Shown here: piece by piece, positions 27,977 through 37,365 of the stretch | Layout: each line of letters begins with the position of its first letter | Position numbering within the stretch: the stretch's first letter is position 1 | Assembly: GCA_001778095.1 (NCBI GenBank) | Contig: MFGA01000023.1 | Span: forward strand, 46,811 to 110,810 | Source of the DNA: Candidatus Falkowbacteria bacterium RIFOXYA2_FULL_38_12 | GTDB taxonomy: Bacteria > Patescibacteriota > Patescibacteriia > XYB2-FULL-38-15 | Length of the DNA: 64,000 nt | Reading direction: 5' to 3' | Notes under the pieces: model-generated | Database searches by the model: none | Seen by the model: only the letters and a program-made list of their open reading frames with translations | What the model was told of the DNA's origin: nothing | Translations under genes and position numbers: made by a program

Positions 27977-28136
27977 TAGACCCGCTGAATAATAATCTTT
28001 CGTTACGAAACGCAGTAATTTTAGGCGAAAATTGTGAAAAGCGAGGAGGGATATTGGTAATACCTCGACGAGATTTGAACAATTTACAGCCAAAATTACA
28101 AGTTGCAGTAGAAAGGATTATTGTTCAGTGGGTCTA
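27977..28136. mobile_element. 160-bp rod-hairpin MITE-like element, copy 2
   Basis: TAGACCCGCTGAATAATAATC / GATTATTGTTCAGTGGGTCTA (two G-T pairs); shares CTTTCGTTACGAAACGC, TAATTTTAGGCGAAAAT, GCCAAAATTAC, GTTGCAGTAGAAAGGATTATT with copy 1. Confidence 0.8.
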
Positions 28137-28137
28137 G

Positions 28138-28644
28138 TTAACGACGAATGACCGCCGTATCACTTAAGGAATAATTTGATTGCGCTCTACCAATCGCTCC
28201 GCGTAATTCACCGACCATTTCTATTTTCACGGAAGATGGATCGCTATCAAGTCCGACAAAAGACAGGCCGGTTATTTCCACCTCATCTGAAGTTATTTCG
28301 ATTGTCTCGGCATTTCCTTCCTTTATCATAATTACGCCATTCACCAAAGAAAAAATCGTGGGATTTCTTGTCGGATCAGTCATCGTGATTGTTAACTCAT
28401 CATCCTCCACACCGATAATCGGCGAAGAAATACCTGAAGCTGAAAAAACTTTTCTTTTTATGCTATCTATGGCAAATCTCATATTTTCTTCCAGAATCAG
28501 GGATGATCTGGTCTTAACCCTGCTATTTAAAACGGCGCTTGTTAGAAGAACAATACTACCGACAATAAGACCGATTAGAGCGATATATATTAACGTTTCA
28601 ATAAGGGTCGACCCTGTGGATTTTAATTCTTTTTTTGACGGCAT
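28138..28644 (-). CDS. Minor pilin, PilW-like
   Basis: TGSTLIETLIYIALIG prepilin motif; ITSDEVEITGLSF. Confidence 0.8.
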   Translation of the reverse strand: MPSKKELKSTGSTLIETLIYIALIGLIVGSIVLLTSAVLNSRVKTRSSLILEENMRFAIDSIKRKVFSASGISSPIIGVEDDELTITMTDPTRNPTIFSLVNGVIMIKEGNAETIEITSDEVEITGLSFVGLDSDPSSVKIEMVGELRGAIGRAQSNYSLSDTAVIRR

Positions 28645-28649
28645 AAATT

Positions 28650-30071
28650 TTATTGCGAAGTGATTATCCTAAGAGCGTCGTTAGATCGAACTGAAACATA
28701 GACTGTGTTATCTTCAAAGGCGATATCTGTCGCAATTTGAGAAAAATTCAGATTACTATAGGCAATTATATTTGACGGATCGGAAACATTAAAAATTTGA
28801 AATTCTCCGTTGGAATACGATGTGGCAAAAAACCCCAAACTATCAGCTGCAAAAACGCTATTAACACTTGAGCCAAAATTTGATGATCCAAGGAGAGTAG
28901 GATTATCCGCGCTTGAAACGTCGATAATAGCGATCTCGTGATGTTCGTCATGATCTCCGCCGACAGTGCGAACTAAATATGCTTTATTATCTTGGCTATT
29001 AATATATATCCCCTTTCCGTCTTCGGTTGCTCCCAAAATATCCAGCGATGCTGATATTACGGGATTAACCGGATCACTGACGTTAACGACGATAAATTCT
29101 CCTGAATCCTTAGCTGTTGATAAAAATACTCTTTCGCCAAAAACGGCAATGTCGTTGACATTAGCATCAATTTCAAGTGAGCCAACGACGCTGGGATTAG
29201 CCGGATTTGAAACATTAACAATATAAAACTCTTGGCTACTTGATTTTTCTGAACCGACATAAGCATATTGTCCAAATATAGCCACACTTAACCCGTCTTC
29301 AGTATTCCCAGGAAAACCAACCGACGAAACAAGAAGAGGATTATTTGTATTGGAAATATCAATTATCTGCAATTGATTGCCGTTAATGTTGGCAACATAA
29401 GCGTAATTTCCGCTAATAGCTACTGAATTTAAACCATCACCAGTCTTTAGGGAACTGACCAAAAGAGGATTATTGCCATTAGTTGCGTTAACAATAAAAA
29501 AATCCGCTTTTTTTGAATCATTTGCTGTCGCGGTCAGATAGATGAATTTATCCCTAACCGCAATAGAAGTCGCGGATTCTCCTGCTCCAAGATCAACACT
29601 CCCGAGTGTTTGCGGATTGCTCCAATCTCCCGAAAGCAACGGCTCAAAAAGATTTCGCCAATTAGACAAAACGCTGGTTAAAGTAATTGTCTGATTTCTT
29701 AAATAACTGGGAGTCCAGGTTACTGTTGAGGTAATCATTCTCTCATTTACTCCTAATTCGGAAACTGAAATAGAGCGAGTATAGCCATCTTCATTTACGT
29801 CAGATTCCCCTTCAAATGTCCATTTATTTTCGGATATTTTTAAGCCATGATTTCCCAAAGCAAGCAGATCCCAATCACGATCGCGAATGGTTCTTGCGCC
29901 CTCCAAGCCCTCTTCCGCTAAAGATATCGCTTGGGTTCCATCACGAACTATTTCCAAACTTTTAAATTGACTACCAAGCAAAACAAAAACTGTTCCTGCG
30001 GCGACAGCAAAGAGACCAAGCGCGAGAATAACTTCCAAAAGGGATTGTCCTTTGTTATTTATTTTCTTCAT
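28650..30071 (-). CDS. Minor pilin (PilV-like) fused to LVIVD-repeat domain
   Basis: KGQSLLEVIL, AEEGLEGARTIRDRDW; repeats GNYAYVA..LQIIDISN..NP, FYIVNVSNPANP, FIVVNVSDPVNP. Confidence 0.85.
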   Translation of the reverse strand: MKKINNKGQSLLEVILALGLFAVAAGTVFVLLGSQFKSLEIVRDGTQAISLAEEGLEGARTIRDRDWDLLALGNHGLKISENKWTFEGESDVNEDGYTRSISVSELGVNERMITSTVTWTPSYLRNQTITLTSVLSNWRNLFEPLLSGDWSNPQTLGSVDLGAGESATSIAVRDKFIYLTATANDSKKADFFIVNATNGNNPLLVSSLKTGDGLNSVAISGNYAYVANINGNQLQIIDISNTNNPLLVSSVGFPGNTEDGLSVAIFGQYAYVGSEKSSSQEFYIVNVSNPANPSVVGSLEIDANVNDIAVFGERVFLSTAKDSGEFIVVNVSDPVNPVISASLDILGATEDGKGIYINSQDNKAYLVRTVGGDHDEHHEIAIIDVSSADNPTLLGSSNFGSSVNSVFAADSLGFFATSYSNGEFQIFNVSDPSNIIAYSNLNFSQIATDIAFEDNTVYVSVRSNDALRIITSQ

Positions 30072-30076
30072 AAAAA

Positions 30077-30565
30077 TTATTCGTTTGAAATCAAGCCTTG
30101 GCTATTAACACTAATCATCTTTGTTTTATTGTTTAAAGTAAAAGTAATTTCTACCGGGTTTTCCGGAATCCCATCAAGACGATGAAAAATAATTTCACTT
30201 GGCACTTCCTCTTGTCCGGAAGAAATTAAAAGCGCGCTACTGAAGTTGGTAATAAGATCAAATGCCTGGATACGATCATTAAAATTTTCCCCTTGAAAAC
30301 GAACAATATAATTTGGGAAAATCGCTACACCCCAAACAGAATCCGATGTCCCGGAAATTGAATCAGCTTGAGCCGCTTTTAATTCATTCTTGGTTAGCTC
30401 TACGGCTCTTTCAAGTTCTTGCGTAACAACAAATTGATTGCCAAAAAGAGCCAATGATCCTACGGCCATGGCTCCGATTGCCAAAACAATCAAAAGTTCT
30501 ATCAGGGTAAACCCCCGATTTTTTTTAATACTCCCCAAAAAGGGCTCCTTCATAAATATAATCAA
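30077..30565 (-). CDS. Minor pilin, FimU/GspH-like
   Basis: RGFTLIELLIVLAI, ELKAAQ..SI, WGV, ISVNSQGLI. Confidence 0.82.
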   Translation of the reverse strand: MIIFMKEPFLGSIKKNRGFTLIELLIVLAIGAMAVGSLALFGNQFVVTQELERAVELTKNELKAAQADSISGTSDSVWGVAIFPNYIVRFQGENFNDRIQAFDLITNFSSALLISSGQEEVPSEIIFHRLDGIPENPVEITFTLNNKTKMISVNSQGLISNE

Positions 30566-31698
30566 CCCGAAAAACTTTGAGTTAACTGGTATATCGGCGT
30601 AATCACGGAAAGAGCCACGAAGCCAACCATTATTCCGACAAGCATCAAAACAAACGGCTCAATCATGGTAGACAAATTTCTTGTCATGGTATCTATTTCT
30701 CTGTCTGAAAAATCAGCCAAAGCGGTCAGACTTTCCGAGAGACGACCGGTGCGTTCTCCTATCACAACCATGTTTGCCGAAGTTTTGGTAAATAATAATT
30801 TTAGCTTGCATAATTGTCCACCGACCGCCTCTCCTCGCTCAATCAAATCCGCTATTCTATTAATTTCTCTTTTATAAACAAGATTGGTCAACGAGTCGGC
30901 AGTGATTTTTAAAGCAGGAACTATTTTAATCCCGCTCAAAAGAAGAATTCCAAAAACGCGCGAAAATTGCATAACTTGTATTTCTCTAAAAAGCCTCCCC
31001 AAAATCGGCAATCTGATAAAAAAACCGTGAACAATTATTTTTATTTTTTCTATTCTAAAAAGAAAAACAAAAACCACAGAGATGACTATCAAAAAAGCTA
31101 AAATAAACGGCCAATAAGTCGAAAAACCGTTTGCTCCGGCCAAGAGCATTCTAGTGGTAAAGGGCAATTTCAAATCCATTGAAGAAAAGAGGGGTAACAA
31201 CTGCGGTAACATAAAAAAACCTAAATATATCCCGACCCCCAGCGCCCCGCAAAAAACTATCGCGGGATAAAGAAGAGCATTTCTGACTTTACCTTGGAGG
31301 TCTTGGGTTTTTTCAAGCTGGGCCGCCAAATATTTCAATGTTGACTGAAGCGTTCCGGAGGTCTCCCCCACCTTCACTAAATTAACGAAAAACGGATCAA
31401 ATATTTTTTGAAATTTATTTAAGCTAAAAGCCAAAACTTGTCCGCCCGATAAATCTTTAACGGCAATTCCTAAAATATATTTTAATGATTTTGAATCTGT
31501 CTGTTCGTGAAGTGTCTCCAAGGCTTCTCTTAGTGGTATCCCGGCTTCAAGCATAACTGATAGATGTTTAGCTAATAAAATTTTATCTCTAATTTTAACA
31601 CTCAAAAAATAAACCTTCTTTTCTTTGACGGTTTTAATTTTTGCGATTTTTTTGACTTCTTCTTTTTTTTCAGTCACTGATGATTTTTTTGAATCCAT
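30562..31698 (-). CDS. pilC: Type IV pilus platform protein (PilC/GspF family)
   Basis: LSVMLEAGIPL, VGETSGTL, ALLYP, IGERTGRL, IEP..M..VG..VGFVALSVITPIY. Confidence 0.9.
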   Translation of the reverse strand: MDSKKSSVTEKKEEVKKIAKIKTVKEKKVYFLSVKIRDKILLAKHLSVMLEAGIPLREALETLHEQTDSKSLKYILGIAVKDLSGGQVLAFSLNKFQKIFDPFFVNLVKVGETSGTLQSTLKYLAAQLEKTQDLQGKVRNALLYPAIVFCGALGVGIYLGFFMLPQLLPLFSSMDLKLPFTTRMLLAGANGFSTYWPFILAFLIVISVVFVFLFRIEKIKIIVHGFFIRLPILGRLFREIQVMQFSRVFGILLLSGIKIVPALKITADSLTNLVYKREINRIADLIERGEAVGGQLCKLKLLFTKTSANMVVIGERTGRLSESLTALADFSDREIDTMTRNLSTMIEPFVLMLVGIMVGFVALSVITPIYQLTQSFSG

Positions 31699-31702
31699 AT
31701 TA

Positions 31703-33007
31703 TTAATCGCGGATTACTCTCAATATCTCTGCGATGGAAGTAACTCCGGCAACTGCCTTATTAAAACCGTCTTCAAGCATGGTGGTCATCCCCCCTTGTT
31801 TTGCGGCAACCCTGATTTCATCGGCATTAGCTCGGCGCATAATAAGCCTTCTGATCGGTTCTGTCACTTCAAGTACTTCAAAAATACCGCTTCTTTTTGT
31901 ATATCCGGTATTGTTGCAAGCACTACAACCGTTTTCTTTCCAAAAACTTTTATACTTTTTTAATAATTCATTGGGAATAACGGCGGAAAGAGAAGCTGTC
32001 TCTTCACGCGTAAGAGTATACTGACTCCGGCATTTTTCACAAAGACGACGAACGAGTCTCTGGCCAATCGCTATATTTACCGTTGAGGCGATTAAAAAAG
32101 GCTCCGCGCCCATATCAAGCAACCTGGGCAAAGTTGTTGCCGCATCGTTTGTGTGGATAGTGGAAAGTAATAAATGTCCGGTCATAGCGGCATTAATAGC
32201 GATGCCCGAAGTCTCTTCGTCACGAATTTCTCCCACCATGATTATATTTGGGTCTTGACGAACGATCGAACGCAGACCGGCGGCAAAAGTAAGATTCGTT
32301 TGGGTGTTGACTTGGATTTGAGTGACACCGGCGACAGAATATTCAATCGGATCTTCTATTGTGACAATGGAAACATTTCTTGAATTTAAAATTTTTAGAA
32401 TAGAATAAAGCGTTGACGTTTTTCCCGATCCGGTCGGCCCTGTCGCCAAAATCATTCCGTATGGTTTTTTAATATATCTCTGCAAAATATCCAAATCGCG
32501 AGCGGAAAAACCAAGCTCAATCAAATCCAAAGCGCGCGCTTCGCCGACAAGAAGCCTCATGACCACATTTTCTTCGTGATAAGTTGGAATAATGGAAACG
32601 CGAAGATCAATTTCATTTGTCCCTTCAATTACCTTAAACCTGCCGTCTTGCGCCATAAAATGTTCGTCAGTGCGAAGACCGGCTAAAACTTTTATGCGAG
32701 AAATAATAAGAGGATGAAGTTCTTTTTTTAAGGAAAGAACATCATGAAGAACGCCATCTATGCGATAGCGAATTAAAACCGAACTTGGTTGAGGATCAAT
32801 GTGAATATCCGAAGCGGATGATTCCCACGCTTTTTTAACAATCAAAGCAACTAAATCCGTGATTGAATGAGGTCCTTCCAATTCTTTCAAGTCGCGCACT
32901 AATTGAGTTTTTTTAGTTTGCTCTATGCTCGCCTCAATAAGTTCGTCAAAACTTTTCTTATCCTCTTTTTTAACCAAAATTTCTTTTGTGTTTTTCTTTT
33001 CCCCCAT
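31703..33007 (-). CDS. pilB: Type IV pilus assembly ATPase (PilB/GspE family), short N-terminus
   Basis: ASDIHIDP, RYRIDGVL, QDGRF, GPTGSGKT, TIEDPIEY, RQDPNIIMVGEIRD, TGHLLLSTIHTN, two CxxC pairs. Confidence 0.93.
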   Translation of the reverse strand: MGEKKNTKEILVKKEDKKSFDELIEASIEQTKKTQLVRDLKELEGPHSITDLVALIVKKAWESSASDIHIDPQPSSVLIRYRIDGVLHDVLSLKKELHPLIISRIKVLAGLRTDEHFMAQDGRFKVIEGTNEIDLRVSIIPTYHEENVVMRLLVGEARALDLIELGFSARDLDILQRYIKKPYGMILATGPTGSGKTSTLYSILKILNSRNVSIVTIEDPIEYSVAGVTQIQVNTQTNLTFAAGLRSIVRQDPNIIMVGEIRDEETSGIAINAAMTGHLLLSTIHTNDAATTLPRLLDMGAEPFLIASTVNIAIGQRLVRRLCEKCRSQYTLTREETASLSAVIPNELLKKYKSFWKENGCSACNNTGYTKRSGIFEVLEVTEPIRRLIMRRANADEIRVAAKQGGMTTMLEDGFNKAVAGVTSIAEILRVIRD

Positions 33008-33025
33008 AGTATTTATAATTCATTT

Positions 33026-33034
33026 ATTATAGCA
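33026..33034 (-). promoter_or_regulatory. Extended -10 promoter for the pilus operon
   Basis: TGCTATAAT 18 nt upstream of the pilB ATG. Confidence 0.55.
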
Positions 33035-33055
33035 TAAAAAAACATTTTAAAAAAG

Positions 33056-33080
33056 AAAAAGAGCTCTTCCGGCTCTTTTT
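33056..33080 (-). terminator. Intrinsic terminator after the GT4 gene
   Basis: AAAAAGAGC-N7-GCTCTTTTT. Confidence 0.7.
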
Positions 33081-33103
33081 TATCTCCAATGTTGTAATAT
33101 ATT

Positions 33104-34234
33104 TTATATGCTCCCCGCGGCTTCTCTCATAACCGCGACAACCTGTTCGTTTATTGTTTTTGGATCAAGTGTTTTTCTTAGATTGTTTAACTGTTTAGGT
33201 AATATTTCTTGGCCGCAAAGTTGTTTTGCTCTTATCGCTACTTCTTTCAAATTATCAAAAGACATAACCATATTATCAAGCCCGGCCATATGCAAAATAT
33301 CTGCGCAACCCATCTTGTCGCTGACTAAAACGGGGATACCGAGACAAACCGCTTCCATCGGAACATTCCCAAAAGTCTCAAAAAGAGACGGCGCAATAAT
33401 CAAACCCTGCGATTTATAAAATTGATAAAGACCTTCCTGGCGCATCGGCGCTAATAAATTTATTGTCTTGGGAATATTTTTTATTTTTTCGCGTTTAGTC
33501 ACAAAAGTGGCCACGTGATCCCAATTTTGTTTTTTCAAAATTTTATGCACATCAAAAAAAGCCTTGAAATTTTTAATAGCATCCCATCTCCCAACAGCGG
33601 CGATTCTTCTTTCGACTGATCTGTCTATATCTATTTTGGGAGTATTTACCGGATTGGGAATAACATAAGCTCTTTCTATCGGTCTTCTGTAAACTTTTTT
33701 TTCAACGACGTCTCGACAAAGCTGGGACGGGAAGATAAAAGAAAAAACTCTTTTCCTGAAAGATTTTTCCATCGCTAAAAAAATGCTTCTCTCTCTTGGC
33801 TTAAATTTAAAAGTTTCCAAAGACAATACTCCGGCGTACCGCAAAACTATCGGTATTCCCAATTCGTGAGCGGCAATAGATATTATCCATGGCAGATAAT
33901 AAGTTCCGTTTAAAAATAAAACGTCGGGCATTTCTCTTCTTAAAATTTTTTTGACCATACTGATTATCGGCCGATAGTACTTTTCTACGTCTTTCAAACT
34001 CTTTGCCCTCTCCAACGCCTTATTCAAGGGAAGATCATGAATATTAAAAATATGTTGCTCAAACCAATCGGGAGAAAGATGCCAAAAAGAAGTCGCTCCT
34101 CTCATGTGGCGACGAGCGTTTAATTCAATCCCAATAACTCCCTTACCTGTTCCATTTAGAAAAGTCAATAAATTAACATTGGAAGTGCCTATCCCGCCAA
34201 GATAATCTCTAGTAACATTCATTGCGATTCGCAT
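33104..34234 (-). CDS. GT4 family glycosyltransferase
   Basis: GGIG, VIPNPV, VGRWDAIKN, PSLFETFGNVPMEAVCLGIPVLVS (EX7E). Confidence 0.88.
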   Translation of the reverse strand: MRIAMNVTRDYLGGIGTSNVNLLTFLNGTGKGVIGIELNARRHMRGATSFWHLSPDWFEQHIFNIHDLPLNKALERAKSLKDVEKYYRPIISMVKKILRREMPDVLFLNGTYYLPWIISIAAHELGIPIVLRYAGVLSLETFKFKPRERSIFLAMEKSFRKRVFSFIFPSQLCRDVVEKKVYRRPIERAYVIPNPVNTPKIDIDRSVERRIAAVGRWDAIKNFKAFFDVHKILKKQNWDHVATFVTKREKIKNIPKTINLLAPMRQEGLYQFYKSQGLIIAPSLFETFGNVPMEAVCLGIPVLVSDKMGCADILHMAGLDNMVMSFDNLKEVAIRAKQLCGQEILPKQLNNLRKTLDPKTINEQVVAVMREAAGSI

Positions 34235-34287
34235 AAATAAATTTTAATTTACCGGAACCTTCAAGGCGCCGTTTAATCTAAAACATT

Positions 34288-34725
34288 TTAATTTCCCAAA
34301 AGGCTTGCTGGTGTCACCCATTTTCCCGCTCCCAAAGCATTGCAAGATTTCGCCTGATAGCCAGCCTCTTCGGGTGTAATCGGCGCATACGACCAAATAA
34401 TACTTTCAGTGATTGTCCCTCCGGTCGCTTGACATCCACCTAAATCGGAATAAGGACAAGCGTCAAGAGAAAATTTTCCTTCCACGCAAGATAATTTCAT
34501 TCTTTCTTCGGTAAACACTTCTCCAATAAAATCAACGCAAGTGCCTTTACTATCAATAACATTACAGCTACCCCGCACTTTTGGCTTAGTGGTTGTTTCA
34601 ATTATCGGCTTAATATCTTCTTCGTAATCCACTCTCTGATCTTCAGGCATGTCGTCACTGCAACCGGCGCCCATAGTTAGTAAAACTGAAAGAACAGTAA
34701 ACAGCAAAATTTTTATTTTAGGCAT
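34288..34725 (-). CDS. Cys-rich lipoprotein
   Basis: Lipobox-like LTMGAG-C; six further Cys. Confidence 0.75.
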   Translation of the reverse strand: MPKIKILLFTVLSVLLTMGAGCSDDMPEDQRVDYEEDIKPIIETTTKPKVRGSCNVIDSKGTCVDFIGEVFTEERMKLSCVEGKFSLDACPYSDLGGCQATGGTITESIIWSYAPITPEEAGYQAKSCNALGAGKWVTPASLLGN

Positions 34726-34838
34726 ACTTTTTTAATAATTTATTATAAATATAAACTATATTCAGTATACCAAAAAAGATACTTTTAAGCATCTTTTTAT
34801 TGTTAGGCATTACTAATATTATTATACAGCGATTTATT

Positions 34839-36074
34839 TTATTGATGACGACCAAAATTTCTATTCCTGTTTCGCCCATTAAAAGGCCTGTTGTTTTGAC
34901 CTCTACTGTTTCCCCTATCAACACCAACGTAAACCGCGCGACGAGGTGGCAGGATAGGCAAAGCCAAAACCGGAATTGTTTTTTTAATCAAGCGTTCAAT
35001 ATCTCTAACATCTCGACGTTCTTCCGGAGTAGCAAACGAGACCGCCTTGCCGAATTTATCAGCTCGGCCGGTTCGTCCGATTCTATGGATATATCCTTCG
35101 GCGTTGTCGGGTAAATCATAATTTACGACAAGCGAAATATCTTTAACGTCAATACCGCGAGAAGCGATATCGGTCGCTACAAGGACGCGAAATCTTCCGG
35201 ACTTAAATCCTTCAAGAGCCGCTTTTCTTTGAGCGAGAGATTTATTGGAATGAATTTCGATAGCCGCGTGTCCCATGGCGCGTACATTGGTCGTGATTTT
35301 TTTTGCTCCGAACTTTGTGCGGGAAAAAACCAAAACTGTTCCGGACGTATCGGATAAAATTTTATCCAAAAGTTGAATTTTTGCTTCTTTGGAAATAATA
35401 AATAATTCTTGTTCCACGTTTTTCGCGGCGGTGCCCGAAGGCGCAACTTCAATGCGTAAGGGCATTTTCATATAGCGCGCGGCAATTTCCGCGATCGCGC
35501 TAGGCATAGTCGCCGAAAACATCAAAGTTTGGCGTTCGCGTGGAAGAATCCCAAAAATTTGTTTTATAGCCGGCATAAAACCAATATCAAGCATCCTATC
35601 AGCTTCGTCCAAAACAACCATATTCACTTTTTTCAAGGAAAGCTTTTTTTGGCGAGCAAGATCAATCAATCTTCCCGGAGTGGAAACTAAAATATGAGGC
35701 TCGCGACGGATATCCATAATCTGTCCGTGAGAGGAAGCGCCACCGATCAAAACCGCGGTACGCAAACCAAAACTTCTGCCAATATTTTGAAGTACTTCAT
35801 TTACCTGCAAAGCTAATTCGCGAGTAGGCAAAAGGATTAATCCTTGGCCATTATTTTGGCTAAGCAATTGAAGCATAGGTACGCCAAAAGCCAAAGTTTT
35901 TCCCGTGCCGGTTTGAGCGATACCCACAATATCTTTTCCATCCAAAGCGGCGGGGATACACTGATGCTGAATCGGCGTTGGAGAATTGAACTGCAGACGG
36001 TTTAAAATCCCGAGTAATTCGGGAGCAATACCTAGCGCGTTAAAGCTAGGCACAACATTATTTGTTTGTGTCAT
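34839..36074 (-). CDS. DEAD-box RNA helicase (RhlE/CshA-like)
   Basis: PTPIQ, AQTGTGKT, PTRELA, TPGRL, DEAD, SAT, HRIGRTGR, basic R/G/N tail; start set at ATG 36074. Confidence 0.95.
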   Translation of the reverse strand: MTQTNNVVPSFNALGIAPELLGILNRLQFNSPTPIQHQCIPAALDGKDIVGIAQTGTGKTLAFGVPMLQLLSQNNGQGLILLPTRELALQVNEVLQNIGRSFGLRTAVLIGGASSHGQIMDIRREPHILVSTPGRLIDLARQKKLSLKKVNMVVLDEADRMLDIGFMPAIKQIFGILPRERQTLMFSATMPSAIAEIAARYMKMPLRIEVAPSGTAAKNVEQELFIISKEAKIQLLDKILSDTSGTVLVFSRTKFGAKKITTNVRAMGHAAIEIHSNKSLAQRKAALEGFKSGRFRVLVATDIASRGIDVKDISLVVNYDLPDNAEGYIHRIGRTGRADKFGKAVSFATPEERRDVRDIERLIKKTIPVLALPILPPRRAVYVGVDRGNSRGQNNRPFNGRNRNRNFGRHQ

Positions 36075-36172
36075 AAAAAAATGTGACCCGATTTTCCGCT
36101 GGGCCACAAATTGACACAAGAGATTCGAGTCGTTGGCCTTTTAATACGGCCAATGATTAGTTAAGATATCTT

Positions 36173-36201
36173 ATTATGACACGGAAAGATTCACTTGTCA
36201 A
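36173..36201 (-). promoter_or_regulatory. Sigma70-type promoter of the DEAD-box helicase
   Basis: TTGACA-N17-CATAAT. Confidence 0.75.
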
Positions 36202-36274
36202 TGGCAAATTTCCTTGACAAGAGTTAAATTACGATTTAAGTGTGCTATAATTACTTAATCATTTACGCAAAAAT

Positions 36275-36847
36275 ATGAACCCTGAACAATATATTGACCA
36301 TAAAAATGAAGAAAAACCATTCAATTTACTGGAAATATCGTTGACTTCAGAAAAAAACTTAGAGACATTGAAGAGACAAATCTCCCCGCTCCTTGGAGAA
36401 GAAGCTACGGAACAGTGTGTTTTTGTTTTAAACTCTATGGCCGCCGATGATTACAGAAATCATTGCAAGGATGCTACTCAAGAATTCGGCCGAAAGCTAG
36501 CAGAAAATTTTGGTGGCGAAGAGTCTTTTTTCGACCTCGCCCCCCCCTGCCGATATAGCGACACGCGAAGCAACAGTTCTTTAAATAAAGTAAACTACTC
36601 CGGAAAATACCATAGTGTCGGTTTGATCGAATTTAAAGTTCCCGACAAAAAACCCTTCTCTATCATCTTTGATTTAACTTATGGCGTTGTCTCGGGAAAT
36701 AAAAATCAAGATAAAATTTTAGTTATTCAAACCCCGGAAAGTGGAGAAAAAGTGATGGAAGTGCTAAAAGAACATTATGGCGGAAAATGGAGCAGAAGTT
36801 TTTTCTTCAACAAGGAAAATGGCAATTTTGTCTTTTGCGAAGAATAA
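36275..36847 (+). CDS. Hypothetical protein
   Basis: 190 aa; TGCTATAAT at 36243-36251 upstream and a terminator downstream. Confidence 0.7.
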   Translation: MNPEQYIDHKNEEKPFNLLEISLTSEKNLETLKRQISPLLGEEATEQCVFVLNSMAADDYRNHCKDATQEFGRKLAENFGGEESFFDLAPPCRYSDTRSNSSLNKVNYSGKYHSVGLIEFKVPDKKPFSIIFDLTYGVVSGNKNQDKILVIQTPESGEKVMEVLKEHYGGKWSRSFFFNKENGNFVFCEE

Positions 36848-36869
36848 AATACGTAAATTATAGAAACTT

Positions 36870-36897
36870 AAAACGCTTCATTTTAGAAGCGTTTTTT
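36870..36897. terminator. Intrinsic terminator
   Basis: AAAACGCTTC-N6-GAAGCGTTTTTT. Confidence 0.8.
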
Positions 36898-36974
36898 ATT
36901 TTGATATTTACACAATTACAGTAACCCGTAAGTATCGAACCCACAATGCTTCTTTTCCCTACCTGCCGATGCCA

Positions 36975-37045
36975 CGGGGGCGGAAGGAATCGAACCCTCG
37001 TCCCTGGTTTTGGAGACCAGTGTTCTACCACTGAACTACACCCCC
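36975..37045 (-). tRNA. tRNA-Trp(CCA), 3' CCA not encoded
   Basis: GGGGGTGTAGTTCAGTGGTAGAACA-CTGGT-CT-CCA-AA-ACCAG...GGTTCGATTCC..CGCCCCCG. Confidence 0.96.
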
Positions 37046-37136
37046 ATGGCTTTGGCGGGAGGAAAAAACATGACACTAACCTCGCTAAGCTCCCATGCTA
37101 TAAACTCTAAATTCGAAATTCAAATATCTCCCCTTT

Positions 37137-37214
37137 GTCATTTCGAGCTTGTCGAGAAATCTCATACAGTGAATTGTGGTAAGGGGTGAGATCCCTCGAC
37201 AAGCTCGGGATGAC
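37137..37214. repeat. REP-like palindromic doublet (third GTCAT...ATGAC variant)
   Basis: GTCATTTCGAGCTTGTCGAGAAATCTCA ... TGAGATCCCTCGACAAGCTCGGGATGAC. Confidence 0.85.
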
Positions 37215-37230
37215 GAGTTAGATCAGCCTG

Positions 37231-37296
37231 TTTTGGATTTTGGTCATTTGATATTTGGATTTGTTTAGGATTTGGTGCTTAGGATTTAGGATTTTG
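37231..37296. repeat. Degenerate heptamer tract (GGATTTN-like units)
   Basis: TTTTGGATTTTGGTCATTTGATATTTGGATTTGTTTAGGATTTGGTGCTTAGGATTTAGGATTTTG. Confidence 0.75.
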
Positions 37297-37365
37297 ATTA
37301 TTTCTAAAATTACTTCTGCTATCACGGTAAGGTGATGTAAAAAAAGAGAATACGCTCGCGCTATC

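Noticed and set aside
36194-36221. CTTGTCAA...TTGACAAG inverted repeat as an operator
   Set aside because: Explained more simply by back-to-back -35 hexamers in a divergent promoter region
36918-36974. Extra tRNA downstream of tRNA-Trp (GTGGGTTCGATACTTAC on the minus strand)
   Set aside because: Only a weak T-arm-like hairpin; no acceptor, D or anticodon arm
36975-37045. Alternative genetic code (UGA reassigned)
   Set aside because: Conserved genes (folC, murC, frr, folD) end at TGA at expected lengths and none need readthrough
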